Below, one piece after another: positions 1-8,867 of a DNA stretch of 64,000 nucleotides (position 1 is its first letter; each line of letters begins with the position of its first letter). Made by a program: the position numbers and the translations under genes. The DNA lies in contig CAYLXA010000003.1 in NCBI GenBank assembly GCA_964387845.1, positions 64,001 through 128,000 of the forward strand. Direction: 5' to 3'. The notes below the pieces were generated by a model, which had not been told where the DNA came from, made no database searches, and was given only the letters and a program-made list of their open reading frames with translations. The DNA is from an uncultured bacterium (GTDB lineage: Bacteria > Omnitrophota > Omnitrophia > Omnitrophales > Abzuiibacteriaceae).

Positions 1-48
1 TCAGGTTCGATTAACTTTACCTGACCGCTGAGCGCTGCACGCTGAACG

Positions 49-699
49 CTAATATCCCATTCTTTGATGCAAAAAGTTTTGTAAATTGCCTGCCTGTAAA
101 TACGGATTGTGTTTCCGCTCCTGATCAATCGTCGACGATGTCGCTTCATCCGAATAATTGTGGCCGGGAAATAAAATCGTACTGCCGTCCAGTTCCGACA
201 AACGTTTCAAGCTGTGATACATTTCCTCCGCGTTTCCGCCCGGAAGATCGCAGCGGCCGCAAGCATTGATAAAAAGTGTGTCGCCCGAAATTAACCGGTT
301 TTGAACCAAGAAACATTGCGAGCCCGGCGTGTGCCCAGGCGTATGAAGCAGCGTGATTTCCACATCGCCGACGTTAATTTTATCGCCGCCCTCAACTTTC
401 TTCAAATTGCCGCTCATGCCTTTTAAATAGGGCGCTTCGGATTTGTGAATATACGCAACGCCGTCTGTGGCATTCAGAAGTTCTTCCAAACCATTCACAT
501 GGTCAAAATGCGCATGCGTAATAAGAGCGCCTTTGATTTTAAGGTCTTCTTTTTTGGCCTCTTTTAAGATGGTATCCACCTGCCAGGCGGGATCAACCAC
601 AAAAACTTCGCGCATGTTTGGGTCACCCACAAAGTAGACGAAGTTTTGCATGGGCCCGACTTCCATTTGCTTCAAGTAAAGGGTTCCGGAGATTGCCAT
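49..699 (-). CDS. MBL-fold metallo-hydrolase (glyoxalase II-like)
   Basis: THAHFDHVNG = HxHxDH zinc-binding motif; further downstream His and Asp in MBL-like spacing. Confidence 0.7.
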   Translation of the reverse strand: MAISGTLYLKQMEVGPMQNFVYFVGDPNMREVFVVDPAWQVDTILKEAKKEDLKIKGALITHAHFDHVNGLEELLNATDGVAYIHKSEAPYLKGMSGNLKKVEGGDKINVGDVEITLLHTPGHTPGSQCFLVQNRLISGDTLFINACGRCDLPGGNAEEMYHSLKRLSELDGSTILFPGHNYSDEATSSTIDQERKHNPYLQAGNLQNFLHQRMGY

Positions 700-757
700 A
701 GCAGAACATCATAATATGTGAAGGATTTACGGTCAATAAGGCGGCAAATGGGCAGAA

Positions 758-800
758 AAAAACCGCCCCGTTTAAGCTAAAAACAGGGCGGTTTTTTGTT
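758..800. terminator. bidirectional intrinsic terminator
   Basis: GC hairpin aaccgcccc...gggcggtt followed by a T-run; the reverse strand also ends in a T-run. Confidence 0.6.
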
Positions 801-1212
801 AAATTTTTTCGTACAAATATCCCGTCAGCGCACCGACTAAAATAAACTCGGCCATGCCCCAAACAAACCAGCTGAGCGCAAGCACGCCCGGAATCGGAAG
901 CACCACAAACCAAACCAAGTTCGGCATAATGGTCATCAGAAGCCCGACGAAAATACCGTAACACGCACCTTGCTGCACGGCTTCTTTTTTCGATTCGTGC
1001 CCCATTTCATAACCATAAACAAACACCGGCGCAAACAGCAAATAGCCAAGCCACATCATCCAGCAAACCTGTTTCATATTTTCCTGGGTCCGCCATATTG
1101 ATGCGGTTTGCTCGTACAGATCTTTCAAAACCATTCCGTGAACAAGATACTCAATCCCGGCCATGGCAATAAAAACGCCCACACTGATTTTCGCTAATTT
1201 ACCCAGCTTCAT
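799..1212 (-). CDS. hypothetical integral membrane protein
   Basis: 137 aa with several hydrophobic helices and no recognisable catalytic motif. Confidence 0.5.
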   Translation of the reverse strand: MKLGKLAKISVGVFIAMAGIEYLVHGMVLKDLYEQTASIWRTQENMKQVCWMMWLGYLLFAPVFVYGYEMGHESKKEAVQQGACYGIFVGLLMTIMPNLVWFVVLPIPGVLALSWFVWGMAEFILVGALTGYLYEKI

Positions 1213-1251
1213 TGGAGCCCCCCTGTTTTTGAAGTGATTGAGTATGAAATA

Positions 1252-1824
1252 TTAGGCAGAGATTGTTTGTTCTTTGAGGAGCTTCCGGTAGGAACGTTCT
1301 TCTTTGTGCTTGTCTTCGAACCCGAGTTTTTCCGCGATTGATTTAATACTTTTCGGAAACCCTTCGATTTCAACGAACCAACCGCAGGACGGCAAATGAT
1401 CGAGGCAAATCGTGGCGTCCTGCCATTTGAATTCTTCGCGGTTTTTCCCGTAAGATGCCGTCACTCGGAATCCCATTGCAACCAAAATCCGGCGCATACT
1501 TTCAAAATGAACCGGTGTTTCAATTTCGAGGCGGCGCTTATGCTCACCTTTCAGGCGTTTTCCTTTTAATGTGAGCCATGCCCCATAATCGCCGTGAAAC
1601 CGGAGCCGCACGATTTGTTTGCGCTTCCTGAATGTCTTTCCGATATCAAAAAGTTCGTTGTGTTCGTAGCCAACTTTGACGCGTTTAGCACCGAGTGCGC
1701 GAAGTGTTTTTCGGATTGAGTGAGGGTCTTCGACGCGGTATTTTTGCTCAACTTCAACATGCGTTGTGATCAGCCGTTCGTGAAGCTGTTCGGCCTGTAG
1801 TTCTTCAAATTTAGACTTTTTCAT
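1252..1824 (-). CDS. CYTH-domain protein (class IV adenylate cyclase CyaB-like / triphosphatase)
   Basis: N-terminal EVEQKYRV motif, interspersed acidic/basic residues and a C-terminal FVEIEG motif typical of CYTH. Confidence 0.6.
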   Translation of the reverse strand: MKKSKFEELQAEQLHERLITTHVEVEQKYRVEDPHSIRKTLRALGAKRVKVGYEHNELFDIGKTFRKRKQIVRLRFHGDYGAWLTLKGKRLKGEHKRRLEIETPVHFESMRRILVAMGFRVTASYGKNREEFKWQDATICLDHLPSCGWFVEIEGFPKSIKSIAEKLGFEDKHKEERSYRKLLKEQTISA

Positions 1825-1883
1825 CTTAAAAGAACTATCGGCAAAAGAAGAAAAGGAGTTAAGAAAGGGATTTCGAGAAGAAA

Positions 1884-1918
1884 TAAAAAAGGCAGCTTAT
1901 TGAAAGCTGCCTTTTTTA
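1884..1918. terminator. intrinsic terminator hairpin
   Basis: ggcagctt-attg-aagctgcc stem followed by tttttt; lies downstream of the minus-strand small ORF 1948..2118. Confidence 0.6.
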
Positions 1919-1947
1919 TTGTTACTAATCAATCTAAGTGCGGTGGT

Positions 1948-2118
1948 CTAGCCCTCTGCGCCGGATGTACCGTACGGTGTTTCAATGAGAGGTTCTTGGC
2001 CTTTCATATAAACCCACGCGCAATCAAGAAAAACTATTGGGTCGGTTGCCATTGCTGCTGATGGGGCTAAAGTCATAAATAATGACGCTGCAACAAAAAA
2101 CGCTGCGATTGTTTTCAT
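1948..2118 (-). CDS. small secreted peptide (56 aa), missed by the >=60 aa ORF track
   Basis: Strong SD gtGAGGAAtcc ATG. Signal peptide MKTIAAFFVAASLFMTLAPSAAMA with an AxA site. Mature 32 aa with a single Cys. The terminator lies directly downstream. Confidence 0.45.
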   Translation of the reverse strand: MKTIAAFFVAASLFMTLAPSAAMATDPIVFLDCAWVYMKGQEPLIETPYGTSGAEG

Positions 2119-2277
2119 GGATTCCTCACGGTTAATAAATGAACGGTTGCAAAATTCTTATACCGCCATAACTTGTGCTTGTCAACATTCAATTATCGGA
2201 CGCTGGCAGCTAGATATTGATCCAACAATACGCAACTGTCCTTATTTACGCATATTTCATGTTCGGCTTTTAAATGT

Positions 2278-2811
2278 TTAATTTTTTTCAAGAGCTTGAA
2301 GCTCACGGCCACAGTTCCTGGAAACCCGGACAAAATCGGATGCCTCGACCGGCAGCGTGACTATAATTTGGGGTTGGCCGATGTAGGCCTGATCGCCGTC
2401 AGTCAAAGCGTTTGACTGGGCATTGATTAGAAAATCGGCGTTGATGATAAAATTACCGCATTGTGGGACGATAACATTTTGCGCAACCGCAATCACGTTT
2501 GAGGAATGCGGCAGAACCGTTGCCCGGACCGCGTTAAGGTCAAATACGCCGTAGTTTCCGCTCGGTCCCGAGGCATCTTCGATGACCACTTGGCCGATTG
2601 TGTAACCCGGCGTCAGCTGAATACCGCTTTGATTTAAAATGTAGTTGCGGCCTGTGTCGTTATGCAATATGACAGTAACGACCGCCGGGCGATTGGCCGC
2701 TACGGGTTCTTCGATATTCACTTCGACTCTCAATCCATCGTACGCATAAGCTGAAACACTTGCCAAAAACAACAGGGCAAAACTAATGAACATTACATTT
2801 TTCGATTTCAT
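2278..2811 (-). CDS. secreted hypothetical protein
   Basis: N-terminal signal peptide (MKSKNVMFISFALLFLASVSAYA); no recognisable domain. Confidence 0.5.
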   Translation of the reverse strand: MKSKNVMFISFALLFLASVSAYAYDGLRVEVNIEEPVAANRPAVVTVILHNDTGRNYILNQSGIQLTPGYTIGQVVIEDASGPSGNYGVFDLNAVRATVLPHSSNVIAVAQNVIVPQCGNFIINADFLINAQSNALTDGDQAYIGQPQIIVTLPVEASDFVRVSRNCGRELQALEKN

Positions 2812-2893
2812 GATTTCTCCTTTGATGACTGAAATATCAACGAATCTGGGTTTAACTATCGGCTAAAAATGTAATTCTAAATAGAATTTTTGA

Positions 2894-3223
2894 CTACCAC
2901 TTTTTGAATACAAAGAAAACAGCGCCGGCCATGAGCGCAAATCCGACGAGATAATTCCAACGAAGCTCTTCTTTTAAATAAACGACGGAAAAAACGCAGA
3001 ACACGGCAAGCGTGATAACTTCCTGAATGGTCTTAAGCTGCGCCGTTGTAAAAGTTTCAGAACCAATGCGGTTGGCAGGCACTTGAAAGCAATACTCCAA
3101 AAAAGCAATTAGCCAACTAATGACGATCACGCGCCACAGTGCGACATTCTTAAATTTTAAATGGCCGTACCAGGCAAACGTCATGAAAATATTGGAAATC
3201 GTAAGAAGGATAATGGCTCTCAT
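2894..3223 (-). CDS. small membrane protein
   Basis: 109 aa with 3-4 hydrophobic helices; its start abuts the TfoX-like gene stop. Confidence 0.5.
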   Translation of the reverse strand: MRAIILLTISNIFMTFAWYGHLKFKNVALWRVIVISWLIAFLEYCFQVPANRIGSETFTTAQLKTIQEVITLAVFCVFSVVYLKEELRWNYLVGFALMAGAVFFVFKKW

Positions 3224-3529
3224 TTATAAAACCCTGGCTTTGTCAGCCCATTCAGTGAATAAATCTGAATTTTCGATGATATCGACCGGGACTTCGTAAT
3301 AATTCTTGAAGGTCGCGTCTTTGGAAGGCTTGAAAGGCTTCATGCCGTGCTCTTTGTGCCGCTTCTTTGCGGCGTCATCCGTCTTAAAATAAATCCGGCC
3401 ATTATAAATAATGCCGAAAAACTTGCCTTCCGAATAAACACCGTAACCGCCGAACATGCGCTTGGCTTCAATGTCCTTGACGCTGTGCAGTTGGTCTAAA
3501 ATAAAATCCTTAAACGTCTCGTCTTTCAC
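3224..3529 (-). CDS. TfoX N-terminal domain protein
   Basis: MFGGYGVYSEGKFFGII...YFK matches the TfoX_N signature. Confidence 0.6.
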   Translation of the reverse strand: MKDETFKDFILDQLHSVKDIEAKRMFGGYGVYSEGKFFGIIYNGRIYFKTDDAAKKRHKEHGMKPFKPSKDATFKNYYEVPVDIIENSDLFTEWADKARVL

Positions 3530-3551
3530 CGGTTTCAGCCGCCCAACTTAA

Positions 3552-5111
3552 TTAAAGTGTCCTAGCGTACTCATTCCGCTTGAGTTTCCAAACGGGGACG
3601 CCGCAGAAGCGGTCGCCTTCGGGGCAAAAGGGCTTAGTGCCGCCGCGCTCGCGAAGGCCGCAAGGCGGAAGAATGAATTGGGTGATGCGGGGATGGATTT
3701 TGGCGACTTCCTCGACTTCGTCCAAACACATGCGCCAAATTTCTTCCTGTGCTGTGTAACAAAGCCGCGTCGTCCATTTGTGGTGAAGGTTCAAAAGATC
3801 GCCCGATTCTTCGAAGCGAATCGGAAACGCGTTCGGCAGCAAATACATCGCAAATTCGGGCTTCACACCTTGCCCGAGCAAAATATTAATGTTCTGCCAA
3901 ATAACGGACATTGTTTTTACGTATAAATCGTTTGCTTCGGCGCATTCGGCAATTAATGGCGGCGTGATAAAATCAGGAATCTCGGCTTGGAAATGCGAAA
4001 ATAAAATCGGCCGCGAGCCGGGCGTCATGCGGTGGCGCTGGTCTTGAGAGTCAGCCGTATGTGAGAGTTTTTTCATGAATGTGTAATGCGGATGCGAAAG
4101 TGTGCGCGTGAGTTTCGATAAGGAAGACAAATTCAAAGCTTCTTTAAAATACGTATTTTTCTGCGGATCCAAAACCGCCAAAATCGCGTCCGAATCGCTC
4201 AAATCCCGCTTCGTTAAACCCAAAATGCTGCGGACCGACTGTGCCAGCACCGCTTCGGAATTTACTTTATAATCCACAAGTTTCGATGTTTTATTCCCGA
4301 GCCGTTCGTCAAATTCCTTCACAAACGCGTTTTCGGGAACTTCCGTGATGCTCCGCTCGTAAACGGAAAACATTTTGTATTCCGGCGTTTCCGTGAGAGG
4401 AATCGGGTCTTCGATATTTTTAAAGAAAAGCGGATCGATTTCGTTCACAGCATCGATCATTTTTCCGACGACGAGATTTTGTTCGTATGGCGTATCGAAA
4501 ACGTTCTTTAATTTATTGTAACGGTGCAAAGTCAAGCCGCTAATCGTGTGATACAAATGCGCATAAGTCGCGATCGGCAGAATGTAGCGCGCAACTTCCT
4601 GCACTTTTTTCTTGATGGGGCCTTTCCATTTTTCGGGATCTTTCGAACGCACCGGAAAGATTTTAAAATAGTGTTTCTCCGTATCCTTCCACAAAATTTC
4701 AATCAACTTGTGATACACATCCATCTGTAAATTGGCTGTTGCGTGATACGTCTCAAGCAAATGTTCCGGAAGAGGCGGCGTAAAATAAGTGCCGGGCTTT
4801 ACGGCCACATAGCGCTGGCTCACCTGTTCGGAATTATAGAAAGTGTGATTGTGAAGAAAGCTCCAGATAAACTGGCGTGAGATTTTCTCGAGCGTAAATT
4901 GAAATGTGGAGTGCTGAATCGTTGTGTGGTGACCGGCTTGATAAATGGATTCGGCGATTTTGTCGCGCAGAGCAACCGCTTTATCGTCTTTGTCGACTTC
5001 TTCCGTGGAAATCACGCGCGAAGAATAGCAAGTCCGCGCCGTTGCGACCGCGTTATTGAACGGCTCTTTGAAGGAATTGATAAGGGTTACGACAGGCTGT
5101 TCTGAATTCAT
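3552..5111 (-). CDS. tandem ThyX-like (FAD-dependent thymidylate synthase fold) protein
   Basis: First half (GHHTTIQHSTFQF...LHNHTF..SEQVSQRY) aligns to the ThyX core (GHETPFEHIVFTF...RHR..SGRY) but has HNH in place of RHR. Second half (HPHYTFM...QRHRMTPGS) keeps RHR but lacks S-x-RY. Confidence 0.5.
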   Translation of the reverse strand: MNSEQPVVTLINSFKEPFNNAVATARTCYSSRVISTEEVDKDDKAVALRDKIAESIYQAGHHTTIQHSTFQFTLEKISRQFIWSFLHNHTFYNSEQVSQRYVAVKPGTYFTPPLPEHLLETYHATANLQMDVYHKLIEILWKDTEKHYFKIFPVRSKDPEKWKGPIKKKVQEVARYILPIATYAHLYHTISGLTLHRYNKLKNVFDTPYEQNLVVGKMIDAVNEIDPLFFKNIEDPIPLTETPEYKMFSVYERSITEVPENAFVKEFDERLGNKTSKLVDYKVNSEAVLAQSVRSILGLTKRDLSDSDAILAVLDPQKNTYFKEALNLSSLSKLTRTLSHPHYTFMKKLSHTADSQDQRHRMTPGSRPILFSHFQAEIPDFITPPLIAECAEANDLYVKTMSVIWQNINILLGQGVKPEFAMYLLPNAFPIRFEESGDLLNLHHKWTTRLCYTAQEEIWRMCLDEVEEVAKIHPRITQFILPPCGLRERGGTKPFCPEGDRFCGVPVWKLKRNEYARTL

Positions 5112-5265
5112 TGGACGCGTATTATATCAGTATCTGGTATCTCGTATCTAGTATCTAGTCCACCGCACCTCCTCACCCTATCCCTCTCCCCCTCTAAGGG
5201 GGAGAGGGTAAAGGAGAGGGGGTTTGTAAAACGAGATACTAGATACCAGATACTAAATACGGAAG
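5110..5265. repeat. complex palindrome: GTATCT hexamer runs flanking a CCCTCTCCCCC-TCTAA-GGGGGAGAGGG hairpin (repeat family 2)
   Basis: gtatctggtatctcgtatctagtatctag ... agatactagataccagatactaaatac inverted arms around a GC-rich hairpin; it sits directly after the transketolase stop. Confidence 0.6.
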
Positions 5266-6228
5266 TTAGGATTTTTTTCGGGCAAGAACTTTTTCGACTG
5301 CTTTGAGGATACCGGCGGCGGTGAGGCCGTACTTTTCCATCAAACCATCCGGCGATCCGGATTCGGCGTAAGTGTCTTGAACGGCCACATATTCAATTGG
5401 TGTCGGACATTCCTCGGAAAGCACTTTCGCGACCACGCTTCCGAGGCCGCCGTAAATGGAATGTTCTTCTGCCGTCACAACGGCGCCGCATTTTTTGGCT
5501 TGAGCAACGACCAGCTCACGATCAAGCGGCTTAATGGTGTGAATGTCCACGACGGAAGCGTTAATTCCCTTTTCAGCCAATTTGTCCGCCGCAACAAGCG
5601 CTTCAAATACAAGAAGGCCGTTCGCAAAAATCGCGACGCTTGTGCCGTCTTTCAGCAAAACACCTTTTCCGATTTCAAATTTGGACACATCTGAGGCCGA
5701 ATAAACAAGCGGCGCTTTCGGACGCCCTGTGCGCATGAAAACCGGGCCTTTGTGTGCAACCATTTTCGCTGTGAGTCCCGCGGTTTCAAATTCATCGCAA
5801 GGGCCAAGCACAACAAAATTGGGCAAAGAAGCCGCGAGCGCGATATCTTCGATTGATTGCTGCGAAGCGCCGTCTTCGCCGATGGAAATACCGCAATGAG
5901 AACCGACGGCTTTTACATTTAATTCCGGAAATGCGACCGACATTCGAAGTTGGTCGTAAGTTTTACACATCAGAAACGTCGCGAAGCTGCTCATGCACGG
6001 AATAAATCCCGTAGTTGCAAGGCCTGAAGCGATACCCGCCATATTGGCTTCTTGAATGCCGCAATCAAAGAAACGATCCGGATGCGCTTTTGCGAAAACA
6101 TCGGTCTTTGTGGATTTTGCAAGATCGGCGTCCAGGACGATTACATTCGGGTTTGATTTGCCGACTTCGGCGATCGCCTTGCCGTACGCATCACGCGTTG
6201 CGGCGCCCATTTTACGTTCGCGGCTCAT
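5266..6228 (-). CDS. tktB: transketolase, C-terminal (pyrimidine-binding) subunit
   Basis: Transketolase Pyr and C-terminal domains; 4-nt overlap with the upstream N-terminal subunit gene. Confidence 0.85.
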   Translation of the reverse strand: MSRERKMGAATRDAYGKAIAEVGKSNPNVIVLDADLAKSTKTDVFAKAHPDRFFDCGIQEANMAGIASGLATTGFIPCMSSFATFLMCKTYDQLRMSVAFPELNVKAVGSHCGISIGEDGASQQSIEDIALAASLPNFVVLGPCDEFETAGLTAKMVAHKGPVFMRTGRPKAPLVYSASDVSKFEIGKGVLLKDGTSVAIFANGLLVFEALVAADKLAEKGINASVVDIHTIKPLDRELVVAQAKKCGAVVTAEEHSIYGGLGSVVAKVLSEECPTPIEYVAVQDTYAESGSPDGLMEKYGLTAAGILKAVEKVLARKKS

Positions 6229-7070
6229 AACTTCACCGCATTGAGTTCGGCTAAAGCTTTCTTTTCTTCTTCAGCCGTCGGCGCGACACCGTGGAAATGA
6301 TTGTTATTTTCCATAAACGAAACGCCCTTGCCTTTGACCGTATGCGCGATTAAGCAAATGGGTTTGCCTGATATTTTCTTCGCTGATTCCAAAGTTTTCA
6401 CAACTTCTTCCATGTTATGGCCGTCAAATTCGACGACATGCCAATTAAACGAGCGCCATTTGTCCGCGAGCGGTTCCATGTTGAGAATTTTCTCGGTAGA
6501 GTCCGAAAGCTGATATTTGTTGTAATCAATGATCAAAACCAAATGATCGATTTTGTGGTGCCACGCAAACGCAGCGCCTTCCCAGGTTTGGCCCTCGTCC
6601 ATTTCACCGTCCGACATCATGACGTAAGTCCAATAATCTTGCTTGCGAAGTTTTCGCGCAAGTGCCATTCCGATTCCGATCGATAAACCTTGGCCCAGCG
6701 AACCTGTGGATGCTTCAACGCCCGGCACGCGGCGGCGGTCCGGATGGCCCTGCATCGGGCTTCCGAGCTCGCGAAATGTCAAAAGCGTGTCGACTGAAAA
6801 ATATCCCGTACGCGCAAGAGCCGAATATAAAACCGGCGACGCATGGCCTTTGCTTAATATGAAGCGATCGCGGTCCGGCCATTCGGGATTTTTGGAATCA
6901 TGTTTGAGAATATTGAAATAGAGCGCGGTCAAAATATCAGTCGCAGAAAGCGAGCCGCCGGGATGTCCGGAGCCTGCTTTTGCCGTCATGCGGATGATGT
7001 CTTTTCGGATTTCGAGGGCGTGCTTTTTTAAATCCGGAATTGATACTTTTTGCATCTCTTTTGCTTGCAT
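6225..7070 (-). CDS. tktA: transketolase, N-terminal (TPP-binding) subunit
   Basis: GHPGGSLS...DGE..EG TPP-binding motifs; split-transketolase architecture. Confidence 0.85.
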   Translation of the reverse strand: MQAKEMQKVSIPDLKKHALEIRKDIIRMTAKAGSGHPGGSLSATDILTALYFNILKHDSKNPEWPDRDRFILSKGHASPVLYSALARTGYFSVDTLLTFRELGSPMQGHPDRRRVPGVEASTGSLGQGLSIGIGMALARKLRKQDYWTYVMMSDGEMDEGQTWEGAAFAWHHKIDHLVLIIDYNKYQLSDSTEKILNMEPLADKWRSFNWHVVEFDGHNMEEVVKTLESAKKISGKPICLIAHTVKGKGVSFMENNNHFHGVAPTAEEEKKALAELNAVKL

Positions 7071-7120
7071 ATAGTTACAGAAAAATATAAAAACGTTAAA
7101 TTGGCAAAAATTAGGTGATT

Positions 7121-7149
7121 AATATAGCTTTTTTTTATCTGCACGTCAA
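7121..7149 (-). promoter_or_regulatory. sigma70-like promoter for the transketolase operon
   Basis: Read on the minus strand: TTGACG - 17 nt - TATATT, about 50 nt upstream of the tkt N-subunit ATG. Confidence 0.45.
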
Positions 7150-7194
7150 CATTCTGTTTTTCCCTCCTCCACCTCCCCCTTTTCCGGCGCAATA

Positions 7195-7640
7195 ATTTCG
7201 CCGGATCTAAAATATATGCTGCTCTGCTTCGTTGCGCTCCGGCAATTCTAGGCGGAAGGCCTAAACAGAATTGCCGGTGCTCACTGTCCCAATTCTCATT
7301 GATTTTCCCGAAGCGCTTACTAATTGAAAATTGGGACTGCCCTCACTACCGATTAGAATACAATCGGGCTTTAATGAAAGTGATGGGCTGCTAGTTTCAC
7401 TACGAGCCGAGCTGGACTCTCCGTTCAACTAATGCCGCTCCGCAGCATATATTTCGACCCGGCGAAGAAAGTTGTTTCTCAAAGCGCCTTACGGAGCGAG
7501 GATTCAGGTCGAATCATCGCGGAGTCAGGACGAGCACGGCAAATCATTGGCCAGTTCGCCAATAGATTGCCGGCGGAGTGAAGCGGAGAGAAACAACTTT
7601 CTGAGCAATGCATGAATAAGGCTATATATTTTGCGGTGGG
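7195..7640. other. highly structured intergenic region (candidate ncRNA or MITE-like elements)
   Basis: Nested long-range inverted repeats: aaatatatgctgc (7213) pairs with gcagcatatattt (7443); agaaagttgtttctc (7470) pairs with gagaaacaactttct (7600); internal 9-13-bp stems. Confidence 0.3.
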
Positions 7641-7660
7641 GAACAGTATAATAGCGGGCT

Positions 7661-8788
7661 ATGAGCGAACAAAAGCAGGCGATTTTGATTATCGATGACA
7701 GCGAACGCAATGCAGACATGTATTACGCCACGAAATTTATTGCGCCGGATCCTTTCATCTTCATTCAAATCGACGGAAAAAAGACTTTGCTCGCAAGCGA
7801 CCTAGAGCTTGACCGTGCAAAAGATCAATCAATTGCCGATGAAGTGCTTTCCACTTCTGAAATCGCAAAAACCCTGAAAGCAAAAGGTATTGCGCCGAAC
7901 AGCATTGAAATCACCGATTGGGTTTTGAAAAACCGCGGGATTCAGAATATTTTGGTTCCGGCCAGCTTCCCCGTTCAATATGCCGACGCGCTCCGTAAAA
8001 AAAGTTACACGCTTGAATGGAAACGCGATCCTTTTTTTGATGCGCGCGTGATTAAAACAAAAGACGAGATCAAGGCCATCACACAAGCGCTGCGCCATAC
8101 CGAAAATGCGATTCACGCGGCTGTTGAAGTCCTCAAAAAATCCAAAATCAGCGGAAAATATTTGATGTACAAAGGCAAAAAACTGACTTCGGAAGATATT
8201 AAAAAAGTCATTAACGTCAAATTAATGGAAGCGGGCTGCATCGCGGCTCATACAATTATTTCCTGCTTCAATGATTGCGTCGACCCGCACAATCAAGGCT
8301 CGGGGCCTTTATTAGCCAATCAATCGATCATCATGGACGTGTTTCCGCATTCATCCGAAACACGCTATTTCGCGGATATCACACGGACATTCGTGCGCGG
8401 GAAAGCGTCTGATAAATTAAAGCAGATTTATAAGACGGTGAAAGAAGGCCAAGAGATCGCATTCCGCCAAGTGCGAAACGGCGCGGACGGCTCCAAAATT
8501 CATTCCGACATTATGAAATATTTTGAAAGTTTGGGATTCAAAACCGGTGTTCAAGACGGCCGCATGCAGGGATTTTTCCACGGAACGGGCCACGGCGTCG
8601 GAATCGAAATTCACGAGCCGCCGCGGATTTCCGTATCAAAAGACATTCTCAAAACCAACCAAGTCGTGACAGTCGAACCCGGGCTTTATTATTGGAATAC
8701 GGGCGGTGTCCGGCTGGAAGATATGGTTGTCGTTGATGAGAATGGATGTACGAACCTCACCAAATTTCCCAAACAACTTGAAATCTAG
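7661..8788 (+). CDS. pepP: M24 family Xaa-Pro aminopeptidase/dipeptidase
   Basis: Creatinase-like N-terminal domain plus HGTGHGVGIEIHEPP metal-binding motif. Confidence 0.8.
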   Translation: MSEQKQAILIIDDSERNADMYYATKFIAPDPFIFIQIDGKKTLLASDLELDRAKDQSIADEVLSTSEIAKTLKAKGIAPNSIEITDWVLKNRGIQNILVPASFPVQYADALRKKSYTLEWKRDPFFDARVIKTKDEIKAITQALRHTENAIHAAVEVLKKSKISGKYLMYKGKKLTSEDIKKVINVKLMEAGCIAAHTIISCFNDCVDPHNQGSGPLLANQSIIMDVFPHSSETRYFADITRTFVRGKASDKLKQIYKTVKEGQEIAFRQVRNGADGSKIHSDIMKYFESLGFKTGVQDGRMQGFFHGTGHGVGIEIHEPPRISVSKDILKTNQVVTVEPGLYYWNTGGVRLEDMVVVDENGCTNLTKFPKQLEI

Positions 8789-8866
8789 TGATAAGTTGTA
8801 AGTGGTAAGTGCTAAGTTGTTCGATTTTCACTTTCTTAACACTTACAACTTATCACTTAAAACTGA
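8789..8866. repeat. palindromic repeat family 1 (GTGATAAGTT/GGTAAGTG), terminator-like
   Basis: Perfect 17-bp inverted repeat gtgataagttgtaagtg...cacttacaacttatcac between convergent genes. Confidence 0.6.
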
Positions 8867-8867
8867 A

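Noticed and set aside
1-30. tRNA-like T-loop word ggttcgatt at the window start
   Set aside because: No acceptor or anticodon stem complementarity around it
3678-5105. Plus-strand ORFs 3678..3926, 4524..4730, 4899..5105
   Set aside because: Antisense shadows within the ThyX-like gene
5266-7070. Transketolase being a frameshifted pseudogene
   Set aside because: The two ORFs correspond exactly to the N-terminal TPP and C-terminal Pyr/C domains with a 4-nt start/stop overlap, which is the known split-transketolase gene arrangement
7085-7650. Possibility that the structured intergenic region is RNase P RNA, tmRNA or 6S RNA
   Set aside because: The universal RNase P blocks (GGAAAGUCCGGGC, GGUAAGAGCGCACC, ACAGAACCCGGCUUA) are absent. 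There is no tmRNA tag ORF or CCA-ending acceptor. Left as an unclassified structured element
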